Assembly (NCBI GenBank): GCA_965237675.1
Contig: OZ250150.1
Coordinates: forward strand, 3,296,001-3,360,000
Reading direction: 5' to 3'
Length of the DNA stretch: 64,000 nt
Source of the DNA: Candidatus Latescibacterota bacterium
Lineage (GTDB): Bacteria; Latescibacterota; UBA2968; GCA-2709665
Each line of letters opens with the position of its first letter. Within the stretch, counting starts at the first letter, position 1. The position numbers and the translations under genes were made by a program. Below the pieces are notes generated by a model that had not been told where the DNA came from, did no database searches, and was given only the letters and a program-made list of their open reading frames with translations. This document shows positions 29,934 to 37,471 of the stretch, piece after piece.

Positions 29934-29958
29934 CAGCGTCGGAGGAATTGATTACATT
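29930..29958 (+). promoter_or_regulatory. Sigma70-like promoter for the metB leader
   Basis: TTGACA (29930-35, includes the thrC TGA), 17 nt spacer, TACATT (29953-58). Confidence 0.65.
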
Positions 29959-29975
29959 CAATCGGCAAATTCAAC

Positions 29976-30029
29976 GTAGTGGTGATTTGAGGCATATTGC
30001 AGCCACTATAAAGAAATCGCTAAAAAGCT
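29976..30029 (+). ncRNA. SAM-II (SAM-alpha) riboswitch aptamer
   Basis: GUAGUGG-UGAUUUG...UUGCAG-CCACUAU-AAA..AAUCGCUAAAAAG matches the recalled SAM-II consensus (GUGGUGAUUU..UUGCAGCCAC..AAA..CGCUAAA); P1 GUAGUGG/CCACUAU; lies upstream of a Met biosynthesis gene. Confidence 0.85.
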
Positions 30030-30067
30030 GATCAACAATACGGTTGTTGGTTGCGTATTCAGGTTGC

Positions 30068-30095
30068 CTGGAGCTTTTTGGCTCCAGTTTTTTTT
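30068..30095 (+). terminator. Intrinsic terminator in the metB leader (riboswitch expression platform)
   Basis: Stem CTGGAGC / GCTCCAG followed by T8, ending 18 nt before the metB ATG. Confidence 0.85.
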
Positions 30096-30113
30096 GTGGT
30101 ACCGGAGGATGCG

Positions 30114-31307
30114 ATGAGAGAGAAGCCATCACGGAATGGCGCATGCGGTTCTACGCAGGCGGTGCATGCCGGGGAAAAGGGAGGACATTGGGGCCATTCC
30201 CTCACGGTCCCGATTGCGCAGACGTCGACCTATGTGTTCGAAGACACGAGGGCGGTGGACGATTTCGTTTCCGGGCGCTCGACCCGCCTTGATTACGGGC
30301 GCTACGGAAATCCGACGCAGCAGATCGCGGAGCGGAAACTGGCCGAACTTGAGGGAGCGGATTCGGCGCTGTTGTTCTCGTCCGGAATGAGCGCGATAAC
30401 GACCACACTTCTGGGCATGTTGTCAACGGGTCACCACGCCGTGATAACGGACGACTGTTATCGGAAAACTGCACAGTTCTGCGGACAGATGCTGAAAAAG
30501 TTCGGTATCGCCACGACCTTCGTCCCCGCCGGTGACTATGCAGGCCTTGAGTCGGCCATCCAGGAGAATACGCGGGTGGTTATTGCGGAATCTCCCACCA
30601 ACCCTCATCTGAACGTGATGGATCTGGAAAGAGTCGTCGCCCTTGCGAAAGCAAGCCGGGCGAAGGTCGTGATCGACAGCACGTTTGCCACGCCGTTCAA
30701 CCAGCGTCCCCTGGCGTTCGGGGTCGACCTGGTCATTCACAGCGCGACCAAGTATCTGGGTGGTCACAACGACCTTATTGCCGGCGTCGTTCTTGGTTCA
30801 GAGCCCCTGGTCGCGGCCATTAAGGAATATCGGGGTATCCTGGGCGGGGTGATCGATCCGCACTGCGCGTACCTGCTGATCAGAGGTATCAAGACGTTCC
30901 CCCTCAGAATGGCGCGTCAAAACGAGACGGCGTTGGCCCTTGCACGGTTTCTGGAGGGCAGCCGGAAGGTGCGCCGGGTCTACTATCCCGGGCTGGAAAG
31001 CCACCCGCACCATCCGGTTGCGCGTGCACAAATGAACGGTTACGGCGGCGTCGTGAGTTTCGACCTCGAGGCGGATCTGACGCGGACCATGGCATTCCTC
31101 GACAGCCTGGAAGTACCGTGTATCGGCGCGAGTCTGGGTGGTGTGGAGAGCATCGTCTCCCACCCGTCAACCATTTCCTACTATGAATTGGGGCGGGAGG
31201 AACGGATCGCCATAGGGATCGGAGACGAATTGGTTCGTTATTCGGTAGGAATCGAGGACGCGGAAGACCTGATTGCAGACGTCGATCGGGCTCTGGAGGC
31301 CGTTTAA
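30114..31307 (+). CDS. metB: Cystathionine gamma-synthase, plant-like (trans-sulfuration PLP enzyme)
   Basis: YGRYGNPT, SGMSA, DCYRKT, ESPTNP, DSTFATP, HSATKYLGGH, SLGGVES; GGAGG RBS. Confidence 0.85.
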   Translation: MREKPSRNGACGSTQAVHAGEKGGHWGHSLTVPIAQTSTYVFEDTRAVDDFVSGRSTRLDYGRYGNPTQQIAERKLAELEGADSALLFSSGMSAITTTLLGMLSTGHHAVITDDCYRKTAQFCGQMLKKFGIATTFVPAGDYAGLESAIQENTRVVIAESPTNPHLNVMDLERVVALAKASRAKVVIDSTFATPFNQRPLAFGVDLVIHSATKYLGGHNDLIAGVVLGSEPLVAAIKEYRGILGGVIDPHCAYLLIRGIKTFPLRMARQNETALALARFLEGSRKVRRVYYPGLESHPHHPVARAQMNGYGGVVSFDLEADLTRTMAFLDSLEVPCIGASLGGVESIVSHPSTISYYELGREERIAIGIGDELVRYSVGIEDAEDLIADVDRALEAV

Positions 31308-31351
31308 CACACAAGAGGAGCGAGGCTGAAGGTTGCGCCTCTGCATAGTGT

Positions 31352-32116
31352 ATGTTCGGTCCGTTTCTTGCATTCGCGTTGCGGGCGCCGTTACAGGATG
31401 AACGCTGGCGGCAGAAGATTCTACTGGGCGGTCTGCTGTCGTTGCTCCCCACACTGGCATTGCTGCTTGCCTTGTTTATGGCTTTGGGCAAAGTCTCCAT
31501 GATGCTGGCGCCCGTGGCGGTCGTTTTCTTTGTGGTGCCGACCCTGGTGTCGTGGGGCTATGTCTATCGTGTGTTTGTGGATGCGTTGAACGGTCTGGAA
31601 TTCCGCCGATTGCCCGAGTGGGGCGCATGGAGGCAATATGCGGTTGCAGGCGTCCGACTCGGAGTGATTTTTTTGGGATATCTGTTTCTGGTCGGCCTGG
31701 GGACACTTGCCGTGATGGCGGTAATGGGACTGGTTCCGCCGGGAGAAGACCCGACCCGGCTGAGCGCGGTCACTATGCTCGTGATTGGGGCCGGCATGGT
31801 GCTATACGGGATTCTGCCCGTCGTGTTTGCGAGGTTTGCCGCAGAGCGAAAGGTATGGGCTTCATTCGATCCGGGAGCGATCGGGTCGGACATTCGGCGG
31901 TTGGTTCGAGGTGGGCGTTATACACAGGCGTGTCTTGCGTTTTATGCCCTCTACGGACTCCTGCTTCTCTCGAATCTGATACTGGGGGCGGTTCCGCCCG
32001 TGGCCATGTTTGTTGGCTCGGTCGGGTCGTTCTATCTGATGGTGGTGTTTGCCTGGGTTTTCGGGTGGCTGATTGGGGTCAGAGGCGCGGATTCCCCGGT
32101 TGCCAGGGGTCGGTAG
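31352..32116 (+). CDS. DUF4013-like membrane protein
   Basis: W..K.L.GG, GY..R, LPEW..W motifs; multiple TM segments. Confidence 0.65.
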   Translation: MFGPFLAFALRAPLQDERWRQKILLGGLLSLLPTLALLLALFMALGKVSMMLAPVAVVFFVVPTLVSWGYVYRVFVDALNGLEFRRLPEWGAWRQYAVAGVRLGVIFLGYLFLVGLGTLAVMAVMGLVPPGEDPTRLSAVTMLVIGAGMVLYGILPVVFARFAAERKVWASFDPGAIGSDIRRLVRGGRYTQACLAFYALYGLLLLSNLILGAVPPVAMFVGSVGSFYLMVVFAWVFGWLIGVRGADSPVARGR

Positions 32117-32278
32117 ATGAGAGCCGCCAGGCGGCGTCATCAGTGCGTTCGTGCATCCGCGGCACCGGTGCGGCAACCCCTCAGGCAGATGCGCGGCGCG
32201 GCGATCAAACCCGCAACGATGGCTGTCTCATGTTTGAATAAGTCTGAATTTCACCAAATAGGGAGCCGGGTGACGAGA

Positions 32279-33193
32279 TCATACCTGTGCCCACGCCTCG
32301 TCGAGCACCCTTTTTGCGTTGGCGATGACGATTTCAGGTGATTCTCCCTCCATCGGAGAGACCTCAAAACTGAGAATGGGGCGTTTTTCAGGATCAAGGA
32401 ATCCAATGTCGAGCAGTTCGCAAAGGAATTCTACGGCTTCCGGTACATCGTTTTCCCCGTCTTCACAACCAAAGCGCGGGTGGTTGTCTCCGTAAGCCGG
32501 ATGATCGGGATTTCGCATCACACAGTTGCCGATATGGGCGTGGACCAGGTGGTCGCGAGCAATTCGCAGTGCATAATCCGAGGTTTCGCCCTGTAGCGGA
32601 AAATGACTCAAGTCCAGCATTAATCCGAAGTTGGGATACTCACGCCTCACCCTGGAAGACACGTCGACCGCCAGGGCATTCGGGCCTACGAGACAATTCT
32701 TGCCAAAGGGCAAACGGTCGAAGGTTTCCAGAACCACGCTCATGTTCCTGTCGGCCGCGGCGTCGCAAAGGCGATATAGAGAGTCGACCAGCAGATCCAC
32801 ACCCCGCTCGCGGGCTTCGGGGCCCGGATCAGGTCCCGAAAGCAGGGCAACGCCGGGGGCTCCCAACGCTTCGGCCTGTTCGATACTGGCCATGACCGCG
32901 TCCACGGCGTGGAGCCTGTGGCCCTCGTCGGCAGCGTTAATGTCCAGCTTGCCGCCAAGAAGAATGGGTTGGGCGCCAAAGGCTACGTCCATATGGGCGG
33001 CTGCGAGCAATTCCGCGGCTTCCGCAAGTACCTTCCCGTCGTTCATATGAGTGACTTCCACGGCCTGGAAATAAGGGTCTAGTGCGATTTTTTCAAGTGT
33101 TTCAAGAATGGGTCCATCACCGCCGATACAGGATTTGTAGGCCATAAAGTGGACGATGCCGATTCGAGCATAATTCTGAATGGGTTCGGTCAC
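32279..33193 (-). CDS. Sugar phosphate isomerase/epimerase (xylose isomerase-like TIM barrel)
   Basis: VVLE, GLMLDLSH, H.HIGN, D.H, SFE metal-binding pattern. Confidence 0.82.
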   Translation of the reverse strand: MTEPIQNYARIGIVHFMAYKSCIGGDGPILETLEKIALDPYFQAVEVTHMNDGKVLAEAAELLAAAHMDVAFGAQPILLGGKLDINAADEGHRLHAVDAVMASIEQAEALGAPGVALLSGPDPGPEARERGVDLLVDSLYRLCDAAADRNMSVVLETFDRLPFGKNCLVGPNALAVDVSSRVRREYPNFGLMLDLSHFPLQGETSDYALRIARDHLVHAHIGNCVMRNPDHPAYGDNHPRFGCEDGENDVPEAVEFLCELLDIGFLDPEKRPILSFEVSPMEGESPEIVIANAKRVLDEAWAQV

Positions 33194-33407
33194 AACAGGG
33201 ACTCCTTTCTACCTGGCGAATTTACTGGCCCGAAATGGGTGGGGTGAGATTCGATAAACAGGAATGGGAAGCCGATTCCTTGAAGCCGGTACCGAGACAG
33301 CGATCCGTTCGTTCCGATATGCCGCAACGCATCCGCTCCAAGGGAATAGCGGGGGCAAAATACGCATTCAGAACGGTTTTGTCAATTGACAAATCGCAGT
33401 TTTCCGC

Positions 33408-33436
33408 TTGACTTTCCGAGCGGCGCCGTGTATTAT
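33408..33436 (+). promoter_or_regulatory. Sigma70-like promoter for tRNA-Tyr
   Basis: TTGACT (33408-13), 17 nt spacer, TATTAT (33431-36). Confidence 0.6.
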
Positions 33437-33460
33437 TTCTGCCCTGATTTCACCTTGAGT

Positions 33461-33546
33461 GGGGAGGTACCCAAGCGGTCAACGGGGGCAGACTGTAAAT
33501 CTGTTGGCTGACGCCTTCGGTGGTTCGAATCCGCCCCTCCCCACCA
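33461..33546 (+). tRNA. tRNA-Tyr (GTA)
   Basis: Acceptor GGGGAGG/CCTCCCC, anticodon loop CTGTAAA, long variable arm, GGTTCGAATCC, CCA end. Confidence 0.97.
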
Positions 33547-33562
33547 ATTTTCGGGCTTTGCG

Positions 33563-33589
33563 CCCCTCCTTTTCAGGGGGTTTTTTTTT
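33563..33589 (+). terminator. Intrinsic terminator after tRNA-Tyr
   Basis: CCCCT/AGGGG stem followed by T9. Confidence 0.7.
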
Positions 33590-33849
33590 GTTGTCTGAAC
33601 CGGTCATGTCCGTTGCCGGGCGGAATCCGCATCAGGTGGTTTGCTCCTCAGCGTTCCTGAGGCGTCTCACGGGTATCAGGCCGGTCGTTTTGAAGATGTT
33701 GATGTTTTACCTGCAGGTTTGCGAGCGCTGTCTTTTTTATAAAACTTCTTGACATAGGTACCTATATATTATAACTTCTTAAGTCTGGAAACTTTCGTGG
33801 CCGGTCTGTTCGTATGGCGGGCCCATAAAGAATTGTTTTTTTGTTAATT

Positions 33850-33926
33850 GCGGGAATAGCTCAGTTGGCTAGAGCGTCAGCCTTCCAAGCTGAATGTCGC
33901 GGGTTCGAGTCCCGTTTCCCGCTCCA
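33850..33926 (+). tRNA. tRNA-Gly (TCC)
   Basis: GCGGGAA/TTCCCGC, anticodon loop CTTCCAA, GGTTCGAGTCC, CCA end. Confidence 0.97.
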
Positions 33927-33980
33927 AATCCCTACGGGCTGCGTTATCAGCCCTTTTCTGTCGCGCAGACAGGGTGCAGG

Positions 33981-34056
33981 GCCCATGTAGCTCAGTCGGT
34001 AGAGCACCTCCTTGGTAAGGAGGAGGTCACCGGTTCAAGTCCGGTCGTGGGCTCCA
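33981..34056 (+). tRNA. tRNA-Thr (GGT)
   Basis: GCCCATG/CGTGGGC, anticodon loop TTGGTAA, GGTTCAAGTCC, CCA end. Confidence 0.97.
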
Positions 34057-34078
34057 AAATCCCGTCCCGCTATCGTCA

Positions 34079-34231
34079 ATGCCCAGAGATCTTATTACAT
34101 TGGCTTGCGCCGAGTGCGCGCGTCGAAACTATACGACAAACAAGAATCGCCGTTTACACCCAGACCGCGTCGAATTCAAGAAATATTGCAGGTTCTGCCG
34201 TAAGCATACCGTGCACCGAGAGACTCGCTGA
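34079..34231 (+). CDS. rpmG: 50S ribosomal protein L33 (Zn-binding type)
   Basis: [23 protein letters not shown]...[17 protein letters not shown]; missing from the ORF track. Confidence 0.95.
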   Translation: MPRDLITLACAECARRNYTTNKNRRLHPDRVEFKKYCRFCRKHTVHRETR

Positions 34232-34261
34232 GTTTCTGGATTCATTGCCAATTATGGGGTT

Positions 34262-34337
34262 AGGGCAGTAGCTCAATTGGTAGAGCACCGGTCTCCAAAA
34301 CCGGTGGTTGCGGGTTCGATTCCTGCCTGCCCTGCCA
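34262..34337 (+). tRNA. tRNA-Trp (CCA)
   Basis: AGGGCAG/CTGCCCT, anticodon loop CTCCAAA, GGTTCGATTCC, CCA end. Confidence 0.97.
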
Positions 34338-34499
34338 TTTTCCTCCGTAACAGACACCTGACCCGCGCCTGAATTCCGCAGCTTTTACAGGAGCCGGGTC
34401 ACTTTTACGAATCCCCATCACCCTGCGTCGATATCGGCTTGTGCAAGCCCAATTTCGGGCTGTCTCAGGTGTTGGGGCGTTTTCTTGGCGGTATTCCGG

Positions 34500-34685
34500 A
34501 TGTTTGCGAAAGTGGCGCAGTTAATCAAAGACGTTCAGTTTGAAATGGGCAAGGTGACCTGGCCGACCCGCGATGAGCTGATCGCTTCGACAAACATTGT
34601 GCTGGTGGTTTCGCTGGTGCTTTCCGTGTTTATTTTCGCCGTAGACTTCGTGCTTTCGCTGGTTCGCAGGTTTCTAATGAGTTGA
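34500..34685 (+). CDS. secE: Preprotein translocase subunit SecE
   Basis: EMGKVTWPTRDEL plus a single TM; upstream of nusG. Confidence 0.93.
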   Translation: MFAKVAQLIKDVQFEMGKVTWPTRDELIASTNIVLVVSLVLSVFIFAVDFVLSLVRRFLMS

Positions 34686-34719
34686 CGGCCTCAGTCTATT
34701 CAACAGAGAGTGATGCCCC

Positions 34720-35259
34720 ATGTCAATGCGCTGGTACGTCGTTCATACCTACTCGGGACATGAAAACAAGGTGCGCTCCTATCTTGAAAGCGCCAAGGAA
34801 GGCACCGAGATTGACGACAGGATCAATCGGGTAGTGGTTCCCACCGAAGAGGTTGTCGAGATGAAGGACGGACGGAAGACAACTTCCTTCAGGAAATTCC
34901 TGCCCAGCTACATTCTGGTCGAAATGGAAATGGACAAGGAGACCATGCATTTTGTAACTAATGTGCCGGGCGTTACGAGTTTCGTTGGGCCGGGAAAGCG
35001 CCCGCAGCCGCTTCGCGAAAAAGAAGTGGAACACGTGCTGGGTCACGTGGACCGACGTCAGGTTCAAGACGATCTGGAAATACCCTATCAGGTCGGCGAT
35101 CGGGTTAAAGTGATAGACGGTCCGTTCAGTGAATTTATCGGGATGGTCGACGTCGTGAATCCCGAGAAGAGAAAGATCAAGGTCATGGTGAGTATTTTCG
35201 GCAGGAACACCCCTGTGGAATTGGATGTCCTGCAGGTCGAAGAGGCCGTGGAAGGATAG
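34720..35259 (+). CDS. nusG: Transcription termination/antitermination factor NusG
   Basis: [33 protein letters not shown]. Confidence 0.97.
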   Translation: MSMRWYVVHTYSGHENKVRSYLESAKEGTEIDDRINRVVVPTEEVVEMKDGRKTTSFRKFLPSYILVEMEMDKETMHFVTNVPGVTSFVGPGKRPQPLREKEVEHVLGHVDRRQVQDDLEIPYQVGDRVKVIDGPFSEFIGMVDVVNPEKRKIKVMVSIFGRNTPVELDVLQVEEAVEG

Positions 35260-35263
35260 CGCA

Positions 35264-35689
35264 ATGGCTAAGAAAGTAAAGACAATCATCAAGCTGCAGA
35301 TTCCGGCGGGCCAGGCGTCCCCCACGCCGCCGGTCGGACCGGCACTTGGCCAGCACGGTGTCAATATAATGGAGTTTTGTCAGGCGTTCAACGCGCAGAC
35401 CAAAGAAAGGCTGGGATTGATTGTTCCCGCGGTAATTACGGTGTTTGCGGATCGCAGTTTCTCCTTCATTACAAAAAGCCCTCCCGCAGCCGTGTTGCTG
35501 AAACGGGCCGCCGGGCTGGAGAAGGGATCGCCTGAGTCCAATCGAACCAAGGTCGGAAGTGTGAAGCGGAATCAGGTTCGGGAGATTGCCGAAATGAAGA
35601 TGGAGGATCTGAATGCAAGCAGCCTGGAAACCGCCGAACGTATGATCGAAGGAACGGCGCGTAGCGCCGGTATTACGGTCGAGGATTAG
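35264..35689 (+). CDS. rplK: 50S ribosomal protein L11
   Basis: [24 protein letters not shown]. Confidence 0.97.
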   Translation: MAKKVKTIIKLQIPAGQASPTPPVGPALGQHGVNIMEFCQAFNAQTKERLGLIVPAVITVFADRSFSFITKSPPAAVLLKRAAGLEKGSPESNRTKVGSVKRNQVREIAEMKMEDLNASSLETAERMIEGTARSAGITVED

Positions 35690-35702
35690 GAGGACCATCA
35701 CG

Positions 35703-36401
35703 ATGGCGAGGCGTAACGGTAAGCGTTTCAAGGCGGCGCTCTCTCAGATTGACCGGCGCGCGCATTATTCGATCGAAGATGCGATTTCGCTGCTGAAAGA
35801 TATGCCGCCGACGAAATTCGATCAGGCGGTTGAAATGGCCATACGTCTGGGCGTCGACCCACGCCAGGCCGATCAGCAGGTCCGAGGCACGGTGATGTTG
35901 CCACACGGGCTGGGAAAGACGATTCGAGTGGTTGTTTTTGCCAAGGGTGAGCAGGCGGCGGCAGCCGAAGCGGCCGGTGCGGATGTCGTGGGAGCCGACG
36001 ATTTGGCCGAGAGAATCAACGGTGGTTGGACCGATTTTGACGTGGCCATCGCCGCACCCGATATGATGCGCATCGTCGGGCGTTTGGGAAGAATACTCGG
36101 CCCCAGGGGTCTGATGCCCAATCCCAAGAGCGGTACCGTAACCCCGGACGTGGCCCGCGCGGTGACGGAGGCCAAGGCGGGTCGCGTTGAGTATCGCGTT
36201 GACCGGAACGGGAACGTAAACGCGCCCGTGGGCAGGATCTCGTTTGACGAAAACCGATTGATTGAGAATGCCCGAATACTCTTCGATACGATTTTACGCG
36301 CGCGTCCATCGTCTGCAAAGGGGCAGTATGTCCGGTCGGTCACACTGGCGACCACCATGGGCCCGGGTGTACGGGTCGATCGGTCCGGCGTGACGAACTG
36401 A
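35703..36401 (+). CDS. rplA: 50S ribosomal protein L1
   Basis: [34 protein letters not shown]. Confidence 0.97.
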   Translation: MARRNGKRFKAALSQIDRRAHYSIEDAISLLKDMPPTKFDQAVEMAIRLGVDPRQADQQVRGTVMLPHGLGKTIRVVVFAKGEQAAAAEAAGADVVGADDLAERINGGWTDFDVAIAAPDMMRIVGRLGRILGPRGLMPNPKSGTVTPDVARAVTEAKAGRVEYRVDRNGNVNAPVGRISFDENRLIENARILFDTILRARPSSAKGQYVRSVTLATTMGPGVRVDRSGVTN

Positions 36402-36433
36402 CGGTGAGTATCCCCCTAACGGAAGGGAAAAGG

Positions 36434-36970
36434 ATGCCAACGGCTGGAAAAACAAGCGCAGTCGAAGAATTGACCAGGCTGATGAGCAGGTCCAAGGGAT
36501 TTTATCTGGCCGATTTTACAGGTCTCGATGTTCCTGATGTCACTCGTCTGCGAAAACGGCTTCGCGATGAGGATGTGACCTATCGGGTGGTCAAGAATCG
36601 TTTGGCGCTGATCGCGGTAAAAGAGGCCGGGATCGAGGGTCTGGAAGAGGTATTGCAAGGGCCGACAGGTCTGGCGAGTTCCGATACCGATCCGGTCACG
36701 GCGGTGAGGCTGCTTCACCAGTTTGCGGAGGAGGCTAACGGTCTGCCAAGGCTCAAAGGCGGCTTCGCGGACGGCCGGGTCTTCAAAGAGGATCAGATGG
36801 AGGCGCTTGCCCAACTCCCACCGAGAGAAGTGTTGCTTGGCCAGGTCGTCTCCACGGTTCAGAGTCCATTAAGCGGTCTCGTATTCTGTCTGGTCGGCCT
36901 ACTTCAAAACCTGGTTCTGGTTCTGAACGAGATCGGAAAGAAGAAGGGTGAAACCGGCGTCGAGAACTAA
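36434..36970 (+). CDS. rplJ: 50S ribosomal protein L10
   Basis: DFTGL.V, VVKNRL, L.GPT, LPPRE.L. Confidence 0.95.
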   Translation: MPTAGKTSAVEELTRLMSRSKGFYLADFTGLDVPDVTRLRKRLRDEDVTYRVVKNRLALIAVKEAGIEGLEEVLQGPTGLASSDTDPVTAVRLLHQFAEEANGLPRLKGGFADGRVFKEDQMEALAQLPPREVLLGQVVSTVQSPLSGLVFCLVGLLQNLVLVLNEIGKKKGETGVEN

Positions 36971-37029
36971 TCATGCCGGAGCATCTTAAACCGTTTCAAA
37001 CATCAGGATAAGACGTATGGAGGATTTCC

Positions 37030-37410
37030 ATGGCAATTGTAGACATTATCGATGAAATCGAGAAGCTTTCCGTTCTGGAACTGGCCGAACTGGTCAAAGC
37101 GCTCGAGGACAAATTTGGCGTAAGCGCCCAGGCGATGGTCGCCGCGCCGGCGGCCGGCGCCGGTTCGGCACCCGGCGGAGAGGCCGAGGAAGAAGAACAG
37201 ACGGAATTCGACGTGGTGTTGAATGCCATCGGCGACAAAAAGATTCAGGTCATCAAGGTGGTGCGCAGCGTAACAAGCCTGGGTCTGAAAGAAGCCAAGG
37301 AACTCGTCGACGGTGCGCCTCGCAGGGTGAAGGAGGGCGTCTCCAAGGAGGAGGCCGACCAGATCAAAGCTGAGCTGGAGGAGGTTGGAGCCGTGGTTGA
37401 AATCAAATAG
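37030..37410 (+). CDS. rplL: 50S ribosomal protein L7/L12
   Basis: [34 protein letters not shown]. Confidence 0.97.
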   Translation: MAIVDIIDEIEKLSVLELAELVKALEDKFGVSAQAMVAAPAAGAGSAPGGEAEEEEQTEFDVVLNAIGDKKIQVIKVVRSVTSLGLKEAKELVDGAPRRVKEGVSKEEADQIKAELEEVGAVVEIK

Positions 37411-37471
37411 TCGAATGGCAATTTAACCTGCATTCCTGCCTTCAATCATTGGCCGATTTCACCAGAGGAGC

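Noticed and set aside
33547-33849. Possible integrated element or att scar after tRNA-Tyr
   Set aside because: No duplicated tRNA 3' end and no integrase; explained by a terminator plus promoter
33459-34357. ORFs 33459-33752, 33894-34271, 34012-34203 and 34154-34357
   Set aside because: Overlap tRNA genes and rpmG; spurious
36402-36433. L10 leader RNA before rplJ
   Set aside because: The spacer is only about 32 nt, too short for the known structure
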